This document shows, one piece after another, positions 13,887-36,204 of a stretch of DNA of 64,000 nt. Numbering within the stretch: the stretch's first letter is position 1; each line of letters opens with the position of its first letter. The stretch is from Chrysomallon squamiferum (lineage: Eukaryota; Animalia; Mollusca): assembly GCA_012295275.1 (NCBI GenBank), contig CM022672.1, forward strand, positions 28,210,001 to 28,274,000. The letters run 5' to 3'. A program made the position numbers and the translations under genes. The notes beneath the pieces are model-generated. The model had not been told where the DNA came from, made no database searches, and saw only the letters and a list, made by a program, of their open reading frames with translations.

Positions 13887-15053
13887 TAATTTTAGTTAAA
13901 TTATATATTTTAAAATCTAATAACATTCTTCCTAGGTTAACTCTTAAATTTAATGTTAAGAATGCAACAGAAAAATATGCTCTGATTAAATGCCTGTGTT
14001 AAATGGTTGATTTATTAACAGATTTATTTTAACATACCTTAATAATAAATAATTAATAAATAAGAGATCTTCTAACTACATATTCAAACAAACAAGAAAT
14101 TACAAACCAAGACACTTGATAAAAAGGCTCTGGATGAGATGCTAAATAATTCAGTGGACTTGCCAAGCAGAACTTATCATGGCAGATCACTTCAGGTCCT
14201 GACTGATTCTTGATCCAATCCTGCTCACAAAGTAAAAATAAATGTACTCACCTGAAACCTCAAAGTAATATGGAACTGGTTCTTTTAAAGCTAATGGCTG
14301 AATAACTACAGCTTTTCTTTTATTTCCTGTAGGAGAGTTCTGTCCCCAATCTGAAAATGGTATTTTACCAAACTGACTACTGTACAATGTCCATAGATAC
14401 TCTGGCATTTCTCTTTCAAACTGCAGTACAAAAATTTCATCAGGATTGACAACATCAGCACAGTTGAATATACATCTGCAAAAATAATAGATGCAATGAA
14501 TAGCAAGCTATTTTTCGCTGATAATTATTCACTGTATAAATATGATTTAAAACTCACTGTATGTATGTATTAATGGTTGTTATTGTTCTTTTATTAAACA
14601 TATTTTTCAATATTATATATATATAAGTGTTTCACTATTTTTATTTTTTTTACTTTAGAAATTTATTAATTAATTAAGTATTTTCCTTACATAAAATTTA
14701 CACAAATAAAACTGGGACAAATAGCCTATCAAAATCCAGAGCAGTAATAAGCATTCCGATAATCCATTTACGAACTGAAGAGCACTCTGCAAAAGGCCCC
14801 GTTTGAAATCATATTTATTTTAAGAAAATCGGCATAAATGTATATCATCCAGATATTGTTTGATTATACTACTTTGTTCATATTTTGTAGTTGTAAGGAG
14901 TGTCCACATATATAGCTTGTAACAACATACTACTTACTTTACATTCATTATTTCAGTGGTTCTATTGCTGCAGACCCCAACCAGCCAACTGAGGCAACAG
15001 AGTGACAGGAGATGAAAAAAATGGAAATCCATTAATGCCCGAAACATTTTCAT
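1149..15053 (-). CDS. Polycystin-1-like (PKD1L/REJ family) protein, C-terminally short form (~1174 aa, 18 coding exons)
   Basis: Hand-built exons in transcription order: 15053-14938, 14475-14252, 13751-13560, 13284-13139, 12393-12303 (weak donor GTTCAC), 11958-11858, 11262-11137, 10885-10797, 10553-10484, 10049-9789, 8929-8776, 8177-7828, 7287-7159, 6511-6284, 5694-5414, 3674-3051, 2575-2319, 1234-1149. All introns are GT-AG with compatible phases, total 3525 nt. Motifs: signal peptide MKMFRALMDFHFFHLLSLCCLSWLVGVCS; REJ (CIFNCADVVNP, NSPPVGGSCTIQPEKGQALVTKFSVNC, LPMG); GPS (CFYWNEDNDKWQTDGC...CQCDYLSAF); TM1; PLAT (YLVCVVTGWWPRAGTTSNV...WHDSSGSNPSWYL); TM2-5 (FTHKQRLTCALSLL, LPWYFIYFSYFL, FVTQPLKV). 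Confidence 0.88.
3846..5331 (+). mobile_element. Tc1/mariner (DD34E) DNA transposon, full length but inactivated
   Basis: TIRs CTCTCCTAAAAAAGAAATGCAAAA (from 3846) and TTTTGCATTTCTTTTTTGTTAGAG (to 5331), each flanked by TA. It lies in the intron that splits the PLAT domain of the PKD1-like gene, antisense to the host. Confidence 0.93.
4163..5160 (+). pseudogene. Tc1 transposase pseudogene
   Basis: Motifs MPRLSE, DRPRSGRPRVTT, FSDKPRF, MMVWAAIS, FQNNNARPH, WPS*SPDLNPIQHLWD and terminal GGHTRY*. It has several in-frame stops, frameshifts and degenerate catalytic residues. Confidence 0.92.
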
Positions 15054-16151
15054 ATTATTAATATAAACTTGCTTTACACGATATGATTAGTATTGTAAAC
15101 TAAAAACCTGTCAGCTAAAAATCTAGCTTTCCTTTCGTTAAATGTTATTTCTGTCCATGACAGGTGACCGTTTAATCAAGGGAAATTATCATATTTAAAC
15201 AAGGGAGATTACTATGTATAATCTACGCTGGTTATTGTGTACTATCAAACGCTAACGTTGGGTGTTGATATTACTCAGATTGAAATAGTTCTTCAAATGA
15301 CTGAACAATTAAATATTACTATATAAAATTAAACAATTTCGGAGCTTATTATCTCAAATTTTATTAACTGTTAGTTTATTTTTATTTATTTTTTTCTCTC
15401 TCTTTATTGTCCTTAAAGATACGTATCAGAGATTACAGTGAACTCAATCTGCTATGATTTCTTTCATACTGTGTTTTTTTTTACATTTAAACATCAAGTA
15501 CATAACTATTATTCAAAGGCATCATAGAAGAAATTTAAATCGTAACCTTATAAACAGATAAAAATTAAAAGATTAAAGTTTGATGAACTAGGCATATCTG
15601 TCTCACGGAATCTTGAAAGAAAAATGAGTATTTTTATGTTTTACAAACACACACACACACACGCACACAAACACATTAACACACAAACACACGCATAGAC
15701 ATGCACACATATATATATCATACATATATACATTTTTAAATAATAGTTGATATAAACGATCTCAGGCCTACTTTATCATAACGATTCAGATCTTATAAAT
15801 AACGTTGAGATAATGAAATTCTCAAATTTACCCAAGGTTAATGAGAAGTTTATATATTTTTTCAAAATTTGTGTTTAGAACCAGACTGTATAAAACCGTG
15901 AGAATTTTTGCATGAAGCATATCCAGATGATTAGCCGATTTATGTAACATACTCAGATGCTACTTGTTTTGATATCTCTTCTTTTTTTTTTTAAACACTA
16001 TAAGAGAGTACATGGATGATGTTACTTATCTATGATGAATAAAATTTCAGTTATCTTAATGTCCTAAATAGATTAAAACGAGGACAGATTTTTGTCAAGT
16101 CGATGTGAAAATTATTGGTTACAAAAACCGTTAATCATTATTTATGTAAGT
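15054..16151. promoter_or_regulatory. Short divergent intergenic region between the PKD1-like gene and lectin gene A (candidate bidirectional promoter)
   Basis: Predicted ATGs at 15053 (-) and 16152 (+). CpGs are more frequent here than in the PKD1-like gene body. Transcription starts are not visible. Confidence 0.5.
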
Positions 16152-19100
16152 ATGCTATTTACAACTATTAACCTAGGATTTGCGTATCTTTTAACTGGTA
16201 AGTAATGTACATGTTTATCAGTCTTTAATGTTATTAAATGTGATAAATGATATCTGCCATTAACATTTATTTTAAGGTACTTTATGGCTACGGACAATGA
16301 GTTAATTTGGTTATCAGGTTTTGTCCGGTGAATGATTTTATTTTTAAATTTTAGCTATAAGTGACTGTGCCTGAACCGTACATGCATTAACAAAATAGTG
16401 GGTCTGTGCTGATAAAGTTATGATTAAGTGAAGCAACACTCATGAGAATCGATAAAGGTTCATAAATTTATTTAGGTGTCTTTGAGAGGATATATCATAA
16501 CAGCCCCAAAAACAGTTTTATACACCTTCCACTTTCTATCCGTATAATATACTAACATCCTTCTGCATCTTTTTTGCTGCATATATAGTAAAGTTCATCA
16601 TTTTCAAATGTACAGTGAATACCTTAAAACCTTTAAGTAAATATATTTAAATACGATTCACTTGTAGATCTGGTTGTACGGGTTTCCACTCAGGATGATG
16701 CTTGTCCTGCAGGCTGGTACCAGTTCAAAGACAGATGTATCATGGTGGAAAATGTTAACCAACTACTATGGCGAGAAGCGAAAGCCACATGCCAGGCCCA
16801 GGCAGCGACTTTACTTAGATTTGAAACAAGTGACGACAAAGTAAGATACATCGCTTTTGTAACACCAATTTGTCACGAAACCTTAAAAATTTGTTTGATT
16901 AAAAATAAAATAAAAAATTCTGTATACTTCACTGTTTTTGAGAAGTGATTTATAACATACATCTTACTGCGTTACAATAAAGAGTGGATTATGGGGTGAA
17001 ATCAACAGTTTCCAGTTTCATATCACTAAATACCAGTTTTCATTTTCTTTCTTTCTTTTTTTTTTAAATTCCATTTACAAACATTACCAAATAATGTGTG
17101 GAGGTAACAGTAAATGTTTTTACATAAATAGTTACATGTACATGCACACACACCTACATAAAAATATACATACACATACACATACACAAAATACATAATG
17201 ATTCAGGTATTTTAAATTTTTAAATATATTTAATACGACACATCGAATTAACTATATTATTCTCAAATTTGACATAAAATCAGTGAGAGGATTAGATTTC
17301 TTTTTATTTTAGAAATTATATATATTTTAACATGCATTTAAACTAATGTATATACTTACGTATTCTACATTTTCTCTTTCTTTTTTATTGTTTGTTTATT
17401 ATTTTTTATTATTATTTGTATTATTATTTATTTATTTATCTCATTACAATTTGTTCTAATTTTTATGTGTATGTTATTTGGAAATTGTTTTCTAATTGTA
17501 ATCTATTATTGATACAGATAATTATTTATATTTGTATTTAGAAAACATTTGCACAACTGGCCAGACAATGGCCAGTGGATGGATGGTGGTCAGATCTCAA
17601 CGATCAGTATCATAAAGGACACTGGAGATGGGGTGATGATGAATTTGTAACCAGTGGTGAAATGTAAGCTTTTATCAGTAGAAAAGTAATACTCCAAACA
17701 ACTGTATCTAATGTTTACCTGACAAACGAAGTGTGAACTCAGTTACATATTTAACAATGATTAACTTCAAAATAACATTAATAAATATACCGTTCAGTTG
17801 TCGAAGTGGTGTATATTTAAAACGAAAAATGAATGAAGGTACGTACCATAACCCAGTTTCGTTAACTGTAGATACTTTAAATCCATATACTCTCTTAAAC
17901 TGTACACAAACAATAGCCAAGTTTAATTTGTATTATACGATGTCACGTATAAGTGACTAATGATTGGTACTTTAATTGGTATTGAAAATTATAAATTACT
18001 TTGTTAATATTTCTATTTCTTTTTCTTCTTTTTTCTTCTTCTTTTTCTTCTTCTAATAATGTTAAATATCAAAACTATTTTTCAGACAGTGGAATAAAGA
18101 ACCAGACGATGTGAAACACATTGAGAATTGTGTTGAAATTAACTTTGCAGGTAACGCTAGTGACGAAACCTGTTCCAAATTGCGAGGATTTATCTGTGAA
18201 TATAAGAAGGGTAGGAATTATACAAACAATATACAAAATAATACACACAGTCACGTATACAGAGCAATGCTTACGTAACCAGATATGTTTATTTATATAC
18301 CTTTCATAATTCAGTTTTAAATTTACACACACACACACATGTATATATGTATGTATAGTTCATTAAATCAAATGAAAGGAAATATTAAATTTTATAGATT
18401 CTGGAAGCTATTTAGTTTATTTTTATAATATAGTGGATTCGAATAATTTTAACTAGGTTTTATAGTAATAATAATAATAATAATAAAACTAAGACGATAT
18501 ATGTATATATAAAACAGCATCTCAAGGTGATGTAGGCTGTGTTGATGGCTGGAAGGAGTGGACTGCATCGTGTTACTACATCAGCGACACCGGAGACCCA
18601 ACACAACTACTAGGCTGGCAGGACTCGTTGTCCTGGTGTCAGAAAAATGCACCCAGCAAAGCAGCGAGTCTTGTTAGTTTTGACAGTGTCGCAGAGCTGG
18701 TTAGTAGTGGATAGATAATTAGTAAAGTATGATATGTTAAATCGTTTTCTGGTGCTTCATATATGTTAAATGTTTTTATAACAACTACAATTTTAAAATC
18801 GTTTTCTAGCAGTTTAGACATTTTTTGTCTAGTAACCAACCTAACAGGCAACAAAAGACTACGTGAACGATTTTAATTAAAATAATATTGTTTGTTTATT
18901 TTGTTTTGTTTTGTTGCTGTTGTTTTTGATTCCGTCAGTTTCCGAAATCACAGGTCTTAGCGAGTGATCAATACGATCTCTAAAAGTCTTTAAAGTCAAA
19001 GATAATCGCTAGGGTCAAAGGAAAGAAAATTATCATTAGCAAACATTATATATCTTATTCTGTATATCTATCTATCTATTGTGACCGAAACAAATGTATC

Positions 19101-20739
19101 TATGCTTTTAAATTTTGTTGTTTAAAAATGTTTAAATCAGAATACTTTAAAATGGCTGTTCTGTTTACATTTTATATGCAGAAAACAGTGACCAGTTTTC
19201 TGGCTGCATCAGTAAGGAACAGTTACTATTGGTGGATTGGCTTAAATGACAGACAAAATGAAGGATCTTGGGTATGGGCTAATGGACTGCCAGCAGACAT
19301 GTCTCTTATGTAAGTTATGAAAACTGCTTGATAATTTTTCACAAGCTTTAAAATATTTTTTTTTATTTTTTTCTTTGTAATAATATGATTACATAAATTT
19401 CAGACATGGAGGGGAAGTGTGTGTGTGTATGTATGTGTGTGTGTGTGTGTGTGCGTGCGTGTGTGTTTGTGTGTTTCCATATCTTTCTGTTAATTATCTA
19501 TATGAAGTTATGTTTTATCTACTAGACTCTGGGATTCTTCGCCAGGTGGTATGACCAGTGTAGATCAGTGTGGACTTGTCCACAGCAACGGATTATTATC
19601 CACAGCTCCATGCAGTCAGCTCAATCATTTCATATGTATTAAAAGTGCGATTCCTGGTGCGTGTAAATTTAATTACTTCATAAGTTCTAATCGTTATGTA
19701 TGTAAACTTAATAATTTCCTATATCTTAAAATGTCCAGTTCATGTACATATAAATTCAGTCATTTCCTATATATTTTATTAAAAATGCCAAAATTATCTA
19801 AATAAATTTAATAACTTCAATAAAATTAAAACTGAATTCTATAGCTCTAATAAGGATATAAAAATGGCCGGATAGTCATTCTGTGATTTGGTTTTTAAGA
19901 CCTTAAAGTACATGCTAGCATGCTGAATGCTTTGCAAAACTCTTTGCAAAAAAAAAACAACTATAGTTAAGAGATAGTGAGATCCAGTGGTTGTGCTGCA
20001 GTATAATGTCATAAGTGCTGATAAAATTTGTGATGATAATATACAGCAATATAGCCACGTCTGACAAAAAGCATGATTTTATCAATTAGCTGAAACACTT
20101 TTATTTTGATATTCTATAAAGTTGATAAATAATGTTTTGCTTTTAATGCAAGATGCCGTTTTAACAGTTATTGGCTGCTAAACGTAGCATATAAGGTAAC
20201 GCTAAAGGCTTCTTATTTTATTCAACTCAGTATATAAAATTATATAAATTAATATATATATAAAAAAATATGAATATATTAAAATTAATGAAAATGTGTC
20301 GAAATGGTTTTTAAAACAAATTCTGATTCCCTTCTTTCAGAAGCAGCTTTACTGTATAGTAAAAATGGTTGTCCAGGTGCATGGACAAGAGCAGGACCAA
20401 AGTGTTATCTGTTCAATTTAAATGTGACAGTGACACGTAAGCAGGGTCAGGCCATTTGTAGGAGAGAAGGAGGAAACTTGATTAAGGTGGAATCAGAAGA
20501 TGAAAATGTGAGAAAAATCAGATTATTATTTTTTTTTTTTTACGATTCGTCAGTCTGTTTCAATGACTTATCAGTTATCTGTAACAAGTTTACAGAATGA
20601 ATATCTGTTTAACGACTTCTTTTCAATATTAACGTTTGTTTGGGATAAAATTCGTAGGGGTTTTTTTTCCATTATTTTTTATTTGTTTATTTTATTTTAT
20701 TTTATTTTATATTATTTAAATTTGTTTTTCTTTCAATTT

Positions 20740-20771
<32 letters not shown>

Positions 20772-22461
20772 ATTATCGGAGACAGAACAAAACCACCACT
20801 CCTGTTACATTCTTTTCTTATCCCCGTCTTCTAGATAACTTTATTTTTATTTTATTTTATTATTATATTCTTAATCTTTCACAAATAATTATGTGAGAAA
20901 TGGCAAATTTTATATTTTAAAGTGTGTGTGTGTAAGTGTGTATGTGTGTGGGGGTGTTTGTGGGTGTGTGGGTGTTACAGACATAAATTAAAAGTAGAAT
21001 TTATTTCAGACTTGGTTGGTTCTTCAATCAAGACTGTTAGATTTAAATAATGTGTGGACAGGTCTTCAGAGAACTGCGCCAAACATCAATTCCTGGAAAT
21101 GGTACGACGGCACTCCTCTTAATTCAAAATATATGTAAGATCTTTATTTATCATTGTTAATTTATTATTGTTGTTTCTGTTGTTGTTGTTGTTGGTGTTG
21201 TTATTGTTGCAAATTGTTCTCGTCGATGTTATTGTTAAATAACTTAAATAATAATAAATGTGGACTGCTTTTTTTAATGTCGTTTACTATTTTATAATCA
21301 TAATTTGATACGATTTGAGATTTATATGTTAATGATGATTATATTGATGATTAACACACTGAATCCGATGATAATAAATTCATTTTGTTGTTTACAGTTC
21401 CTGGAGCCGTGAACCAAATGATTTCAAAGGAGTGGAAGACTGCGCATTCATTAATCAAGACAGCTCATTCATAGACTCTTCTTGTTTTGCTGGAGCCGGT
21501 TATATTTGTGAAATGTTATCAGAAAGTAAGTAACTAAAACTCACTTAGAATTCTTGGCATGGGAATAAGACAAAACCTGAACCTTGGAATCGTGCTGGTA
21601 GCATAAATGTTGATGACTATATATGAATACATCCATGCCATCCCATATGAAATCATAACTTTTAAGACTTTTAGCGAGAACACAAATTACTTTAAATTAA
21701 GAGCAATTAAAATAAAACAAATCTGTTGACTTGGATTAATACTGTTCATTGCATATAATAGTAACAGTTAGTAAGCTGGTAAAAAATTGATGATTAATGC
21801 TATTAGTTACTATTATTAATACTGATATTAATAATATTATTATTAATATTAGTACTACAACTACACCTGTTCCTATCGCCATTATTTCTTCTGTCACTAG
21901 TATAACTACAACTACTGCATACTAGTGTTAATACTGCTACTGCTACTATACTTTACTGCTACATTTTATTTTTTTAGATGCCCCTTGTCCCTCGGGATGG
22001 ATTTCAAATGACATTTCAGGCGAGGGCGGTACCAATTGTTATTTTATAAGTGACACGAACTCCACATCTTTGATGTCGTGGTTCGAGGCCAGAGATTACT
22101 GCTCAAAAGTATCAGATTTAAACTCTTTTCTGTTGGCAATAAGCGACGAGAATGAACAGGTAACCAAGTTTAATATCTAGTTGAAAACTGGATTAAAATA
22201 ATGAAGTTAATGTTTCGTGTCGAATGTTTATCTTACTGAACCCTCCTGGATTTTATAAAATTATGTTGAATCTAGGCGACTGAATTTGATGTTCAGTAGA
22301 TGAAAATGACATCATGTGATATGACGTAAAATGATGCAATATATTTTGAAGTAATACAATGCTTTATCAAACTACAAGCTTAAAGTATTAAATACGACAT
22401 TTTTATTTCTTTTTCTTTTTTTCGATTGTTTTCAAGATATAATAATAATGCGTACCTATAA

Positions 22462-22508
<47 letters not shown>

Positions 22509-23859
22509 GTAATAATAACTATCACAATCAATTTGAGAGCTCTAGAATGCAACAGGATATACGACGTTCTACGTATTTGATCGAAAATAGATCGAGCATT
22601 GATGCCACATTTCATATGCTGTAATACGACAGAATCTAACCAAACACGTTACTTCATTAAATTACCATAACTTATGCCAGCTTGTAGAAGGCTATTGGAT
22701 GGCCGAGATTATGAACACAGCTGACATCGAGAACAGTACTGGCATAGATGTTGCGAGAACATATGTTGCCGCCTACATAATAATCCAAATAACCTTTCCA
22801 GTTAATATGGACTTGTACTGCGGCGTTTAAAACTCTTTTGTCAGTGTTTTTTGCGAACACATTTTTATTCACCTTAAAGGCTTCAACTCGACACAGTACA
22901 TTACTAAAATACTTATGAAAAATTAAAAACAAACTAACAAAAACCTTCTTATTATTGTTAAGTTTTGATTTTATTATTTGTTTACTAAGCGATTTGTTCA
23001 GCAACAGCTGATGTCCTTGAAAGCGACCCCTATCGGCTGGTGGACAGACCTCACGGACATGGCCACAGAGGGAGTGTGGTTGAATGCTGATATTTCAGAG
23101 CAACCAGCACCAGGCTTAATGTAATATTATAATTTAATGCTGCATTTCAAGTACATGTCAAATGAATTTATATAACGATGTTAAAATTTATTAAAATTTA
23201 ATTACAAGATGTCGAAGACTTGGAATGGTAGATAGAACGAAAAAATAAGTAAATTGTTCTCAACATTTTAATTAAAATTTTATATACACTAAAAAATTAA
23301 ATGTAATTGATACGGAAACCTATAGACCTATCTCACAAATGGACTTCAATACCCGATTTTAAAACACATTTTTTTTTTTCTTTTTTGGGTGTGGGATTCA
23401 GAAACTGGGCTAAAGAGCCGAACAACTTTGGCGGAAATGAAAACTGTGTGGTGTTTTATTACGGAGGACAATACAATGATTTAAAATGTGATGCCAAAAC
23501 AGCGGTAGTGTGTGAGCGAAAAGCCTTTATTAAAAGTAAGGATATTACTTTTATATAAAGTTAAACCAAAAGTTACAAAAAATATTAAAACAATACTAGT
23601 AATAATAATCCGAATTGTGTGTGTGCACATTCATGTTTCAAATTGTGAATTAAATTGATACATGGACTTGCAAAATATTTTTCAGTTTATTTTTTAAATG
23701 CAGTTTTAAATTAAAATTTCTGTCATGTGTTTGAAATATTTATAAACTATTCTTTTTTATATATCCACAGGTTATTCGAGTCAAAACAACGCAGGTTCGT
23801 TGCGTATAAGCTGGATATTGAGTTCCGTATTATTTATGTATACTTTGATTGAAAAATAA
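16152..23859 (+). CDS. Four-domain C-type lectin A (macrophage mannose receptor-like), signal peptide + GPI-signal-like tail, ~620 aa
   Basis: Exons 16152-16197, 16668-16840, 17542-17663, 18086-18210, 18518-18699, 19182-19309, 19526-19656, 20341-20507, 21010-21134, 21398-21525, 21978-22159, 22990-23120, 23402-23535, 23771-23859 (1863 nt). Each CTLD is 3 exons with introns of phase 0 and 2, flanked by phase 1. Motifs CPAGW, WIGLND, EPD/SPG/EPN/EPN, FICE. N-terminus MLFTTINLGFAYLLTDLVVRVST; C-terminus SYSSQNNAGSLRISWILSSVLFMYTLIEK*. Confidence 0.9.
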
Positions 23860-24309
23860 AACCATCTTTGTATGACAAAATAACGCAAATATATTAATGT
23901 GTAAAAATATAACGAGACATTTCTACAGTATTGATCGTATGTGTGCGTGGGTGTGGGTGTGTTTATGAACAATTTATTACTATGCAGTCAATGTTACATT
24001 GGGAACAATAAAGGAACTGAAAGGTTAGTTGTATATAACAGGTTATTACAATGTAATGTATTATAAACAAATGTTCTTTATCGTGAGTGCACAATAATAT
24101 CATAAGTGTTTTAGGAATAAACCATACTTTCGATGATTTTGTGGTTATTATATTTATAGTGCGTTTATATAATAATTTTAATAATAATAATAAATAACAT
24201 TGATGATATATGCATGAGGCCAGTGACAAATGAATTAATATTTACAAACAAACGTGCGGCTGCACACTAAAAGAATGTGTTGACAAACAGGGACATTTTA
24301 TGTCAAATC

Positions 24310-24900
24310 ACCCAAAGGGTTGAACTTCATATTTTCAATTTTGCTGAAATTTTTAAGTTGCTCGTAGCATAATTAGCCCAAATATCAAATATTAATTTCA
24401 GTCGGACCAGCTGTTTTGTATACTTGTCCTCAAATTCTTTCATATTGCCAAAAAAAGGGTCATAACCGCCAGTTTTTAGGCTATTATGGTAACTAGTCGA
24501 TTTTTGTGAACCTGGAGGCATTTGAAAAGTAATTTGCAAGCTAAATTTTGCTAATCTTTGAAGCTTCTGTTTCATGCATCCCCATGGACCACCTACTTCA
24601 CTGTTCTGGAGAGATGGACAGAATGATGGATACTTTGAATCTAATCAGGTTTCCAACTTAACCAGATTTATAAAACTCTACCCATTGGTTGCCAAAAATA
24701 ACAGGGTGTCAAATGTGGCGATTAAAATGCAAAAAATTTAGAACCAGTATCTCGAAAACTACTGGACCAATTGAGCACATAATATTTGAGATTTGGGCTA
24801 GTTATGCCAAGTTCAAAATATAGATCATATTTTAGTAAAATCAAAGATGGTGAGATTAAAATATTCCTTTTTGATGGTACGACTCCATAAAATTCTGCAT
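24310..24900. mobile_element. Probable non-autonomous DNA transposon (MITE-like) between the lectin genes; boundaries approximate
   Basis: Inverted repeat GCATAATTAGCCCAAATATCAAATATTA (24367-24394) and TAATATTTGAGATTTGGGCTAGTTATGC (24780-24807), 26/28 complementary. No credible ORF. Confidence 0.5.
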
Positions 24901-25194
24901 AATCAGAAAAAACAGTTCGTTTATACATGCACCAGTTAAAACAAAAAGCAAATAAATATAATATAATATAATTAATTTAACAAAAACGTACAATTCCTTT
25001 AACTAATCTATTTAAATTCACACATACATACAAACAGATATACACTGTGTCAGCTATACATAGATTAAAAACTGAAATGCTAAGAAGATAGACAATCAGT
25101 TATGATAACACTGTTTATCATACAGTACAAAGTCAATGTCTGATGAGGGAGTAGAACACAACACTGAATTTTTTTTTAGTGAAATCTTAACATT

Positions 25195-33343
<8,149 letters not shown>

Positions 33344-36204
33344 TAAAGAACTTTTAAGATAATCTTTAATATAATATTTTTTTTGCCATTTTCCAAGTTG
33401 ATCACCTAACTTGAAATGAGTTGTTCATTTTATGTTATATTACTTCATTACAAAGCAGAAAACTGTGACAGTAGTAATAACATCACTTAACATTAGCATA
33501 GGACTGTAACAGATTAAAGACGTACTTACACATTACAAATATGTGTGAGATATGTAAGAAGATGATTTTTAATAAATTTGAGTTTTTCTTGTTTATTTAG
33601 TTTAATTAACTAAAAATTTGCATTTTTTTTTTTTAAACTGTTATGGAACAGTTTGGCTGTCCAGTGAGTTAGCTGCATTATCTTGTACTTGCACCTAAGA
33701 TATAAACTATATTTTAAACTATATCTTAATACTTATATACCTCAAATAAAAAGTATCTGACACTATTTTTTGTTGTTTGTCATTTGATTTTACATTAAAC
33801 TAGTATCCATTCACTTTAAATGTCTGAACTGTCAAGAAACCTAGTAATAGAGATGGATTTCTGGCAATTACTGGACAAATGAAAATAAAAATAAATAATT
33901 ATTGTAATAAACTTACATTTCAAGCAAACACACAATACTGGTAATATTTTTATCTAGAATATCTGAGATGTCTGAATATAACTTATCTGTTTATAAAAAA
34001 AATAACTATATATTTAGTTATTAAATATTTAACTGAAATGATGACTAAAATATTATTTAACTTTTATTTTTTCCATAAAGCAGCATATCATAGCAATTTT
34101 AACCAAAATTGCTGTGTTAAAAAGAAAATGAAACTTTACTTATTTAGTAAATAGCTGTCATTATATTTAGTAAGTAAAAGATAGGAAGTATCTTCCTGAA
34201 AAATAGTTAATTTCTCTGTATGAACACTGTGATTTATCTTTCATATATTCTTTAGTTTTTCCACTGTTTATGATCACTGCTTTTAAACATACAAAAATAA
34301 ATAAATAAATAAATAAATACATGTATGAATAATATTAAAAAATATTTATTATAACAGAGATAAACAAAACAGTATTTTATTAACAGCACTGTATAGATTA
34401 TTAGTCTTTAATACTAAGTGACACTGTTTATTGTTTTAATAGTTCAGTCAGTCCTTTGACACATTGGTCTTTCTAGAATATAGCCAAACAGTAGAAATAA
34501 GCCTTGTAGTCACATTTCTTTCCTATTTATAATCAAATACAACATATTACGCTTTTTTTGTTTTTTTATTGCAATAGTCAAATATTTGCTTCCTCATTAT
34601 ATATTTTACAGTAAGTACAACAGATATTAGTTCACTGTAATAGTCAAGTACAACAGATATTTGTTACACTATATTAGCACAAATTGTTTTTTTCCTATTT
34701 TTTCTTCATATTGTATTGGTTAAAAACAAAAACTTTTGTTTCTTAATACAATCAGATAACAGGCATTATTTTGTTTCTTCCTTATTATCAAAGAAAAAAG
34801 GAGTAGTTCAAAATGCCTGTCCACAACATCTGGAATCAGTTCTATAAATACTTTCCAATGCTTCATAACTAGTGCAACATATGTAATGCTGTAGAATTCA
34901 ATAGTATTTTCCACATGCAGTTCCAACAATTGTTGTAGAAAGAAATTCTTCACAAAATAAAAAATAACAATAATAATAATAATGATGTTGATGAGCTTTA
35001 ACACAGTACTATTTTTAAAAATATTGAAAACAATAATCTAAATTTCATTATTGAAAAGAAGCATTTTCTACAAATAATTAAAGCAAAAATATAATAGTTT
35101 AAATTTTATATACATGTGCTTTTATACAGAACATGAAACAAAACAATAATAAAATTAAATAAAGATAAACTTTTGCCATTCTCTTTAGTGTGCGTTTTAC
35201 ATAAGCCTTTACTATATGATTTAACCTTTTGGTTCACAATACAAAATTAATTATGAGATTTATTTTTATGAAACAACTTAAAAAAAAAAGACATTAAAAA
35301 AAAAAAATGAAATAAAATATGCAAAACTAAGACCAGAAATAAAATAAATATTTCCAAGTTATTTTCTGTACAAATATATGTATTCCATCCTAAATTCTTT
35401 GTAACAAATACATTAAGAAAAAATAAAATAACAGAAAGAACAAGAGGTCTAATTCCAGAAGCTTAACTATCACATGATGATAATAACAATATAATAAAGT
35501 CAACAATTTTTTTTTTTTTTTACTTAACTAAGGTACACCTAAAATTTAACCAAAATTTATCTAAGATTTAAAAGTTAATCATATAAGTTTTGAACAACTG
35601 GGTTATTGAAACACTTACAACAAACAGAATAATGTACATTTATTTTTAACATAATATTATAATTTATTTAGAAAAAATACATTTAATTTTAATATATCAA
35701 AATATCTTATTTAGGACCAACTAGTATAATTGTTTTTCAATAAGATCATTAAATGAATGCATCAGTTTTGAACACTGGACAGTATTTTAAGAAGTTTAAG
35801 AAAATAAATCTAGGTAAAATTATTTTCCCTCGAGTTAATAACAATTAATATGATTTAAACTAAAATGATTAGTATGAAAATTAGTTCTATTTTATTTATC
35901 TTCTTGACAGTCTACATCACCAGTCTCATGATACAATCTCCAGACCTGAATTTATAAAAGAATATTTTTTAAAATCCCCTACTAGGAGATTGTTGACAAA
36001 ACAAAGAATTAACAAATAAACAACAACCATGAAAAAAGCTGTTAAATAATTATTTCAAAGAATGCCCCAACCTTTAAAAAAAAAAATGAAACAACTCCGA
36101 CAAAAACTAAACAAAAACAAAATAATAAAATAATTAATAAACAACAATAAGATTATAATTAAAAAACAGTGTTCACCATTCTTTTCACAAAAAAAGTGAA
36201 CAAT

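Noticed and set aside
25136-25190. CTGATGAG...GAAA near the lectin B start, as hammerhead or C/D snoRNA
   Set aside because: No compatible stems, and no properly placed box C/D pair with a terminal stem.
34613-34680. Short direct repeat AAGTACAACAGATATT (two copies; similar duplication at ~62255-62312) as CRISPR-like
   Set aside because: Only two copies in eukaryotic UTR or intergenic DNA; simple local duplications.
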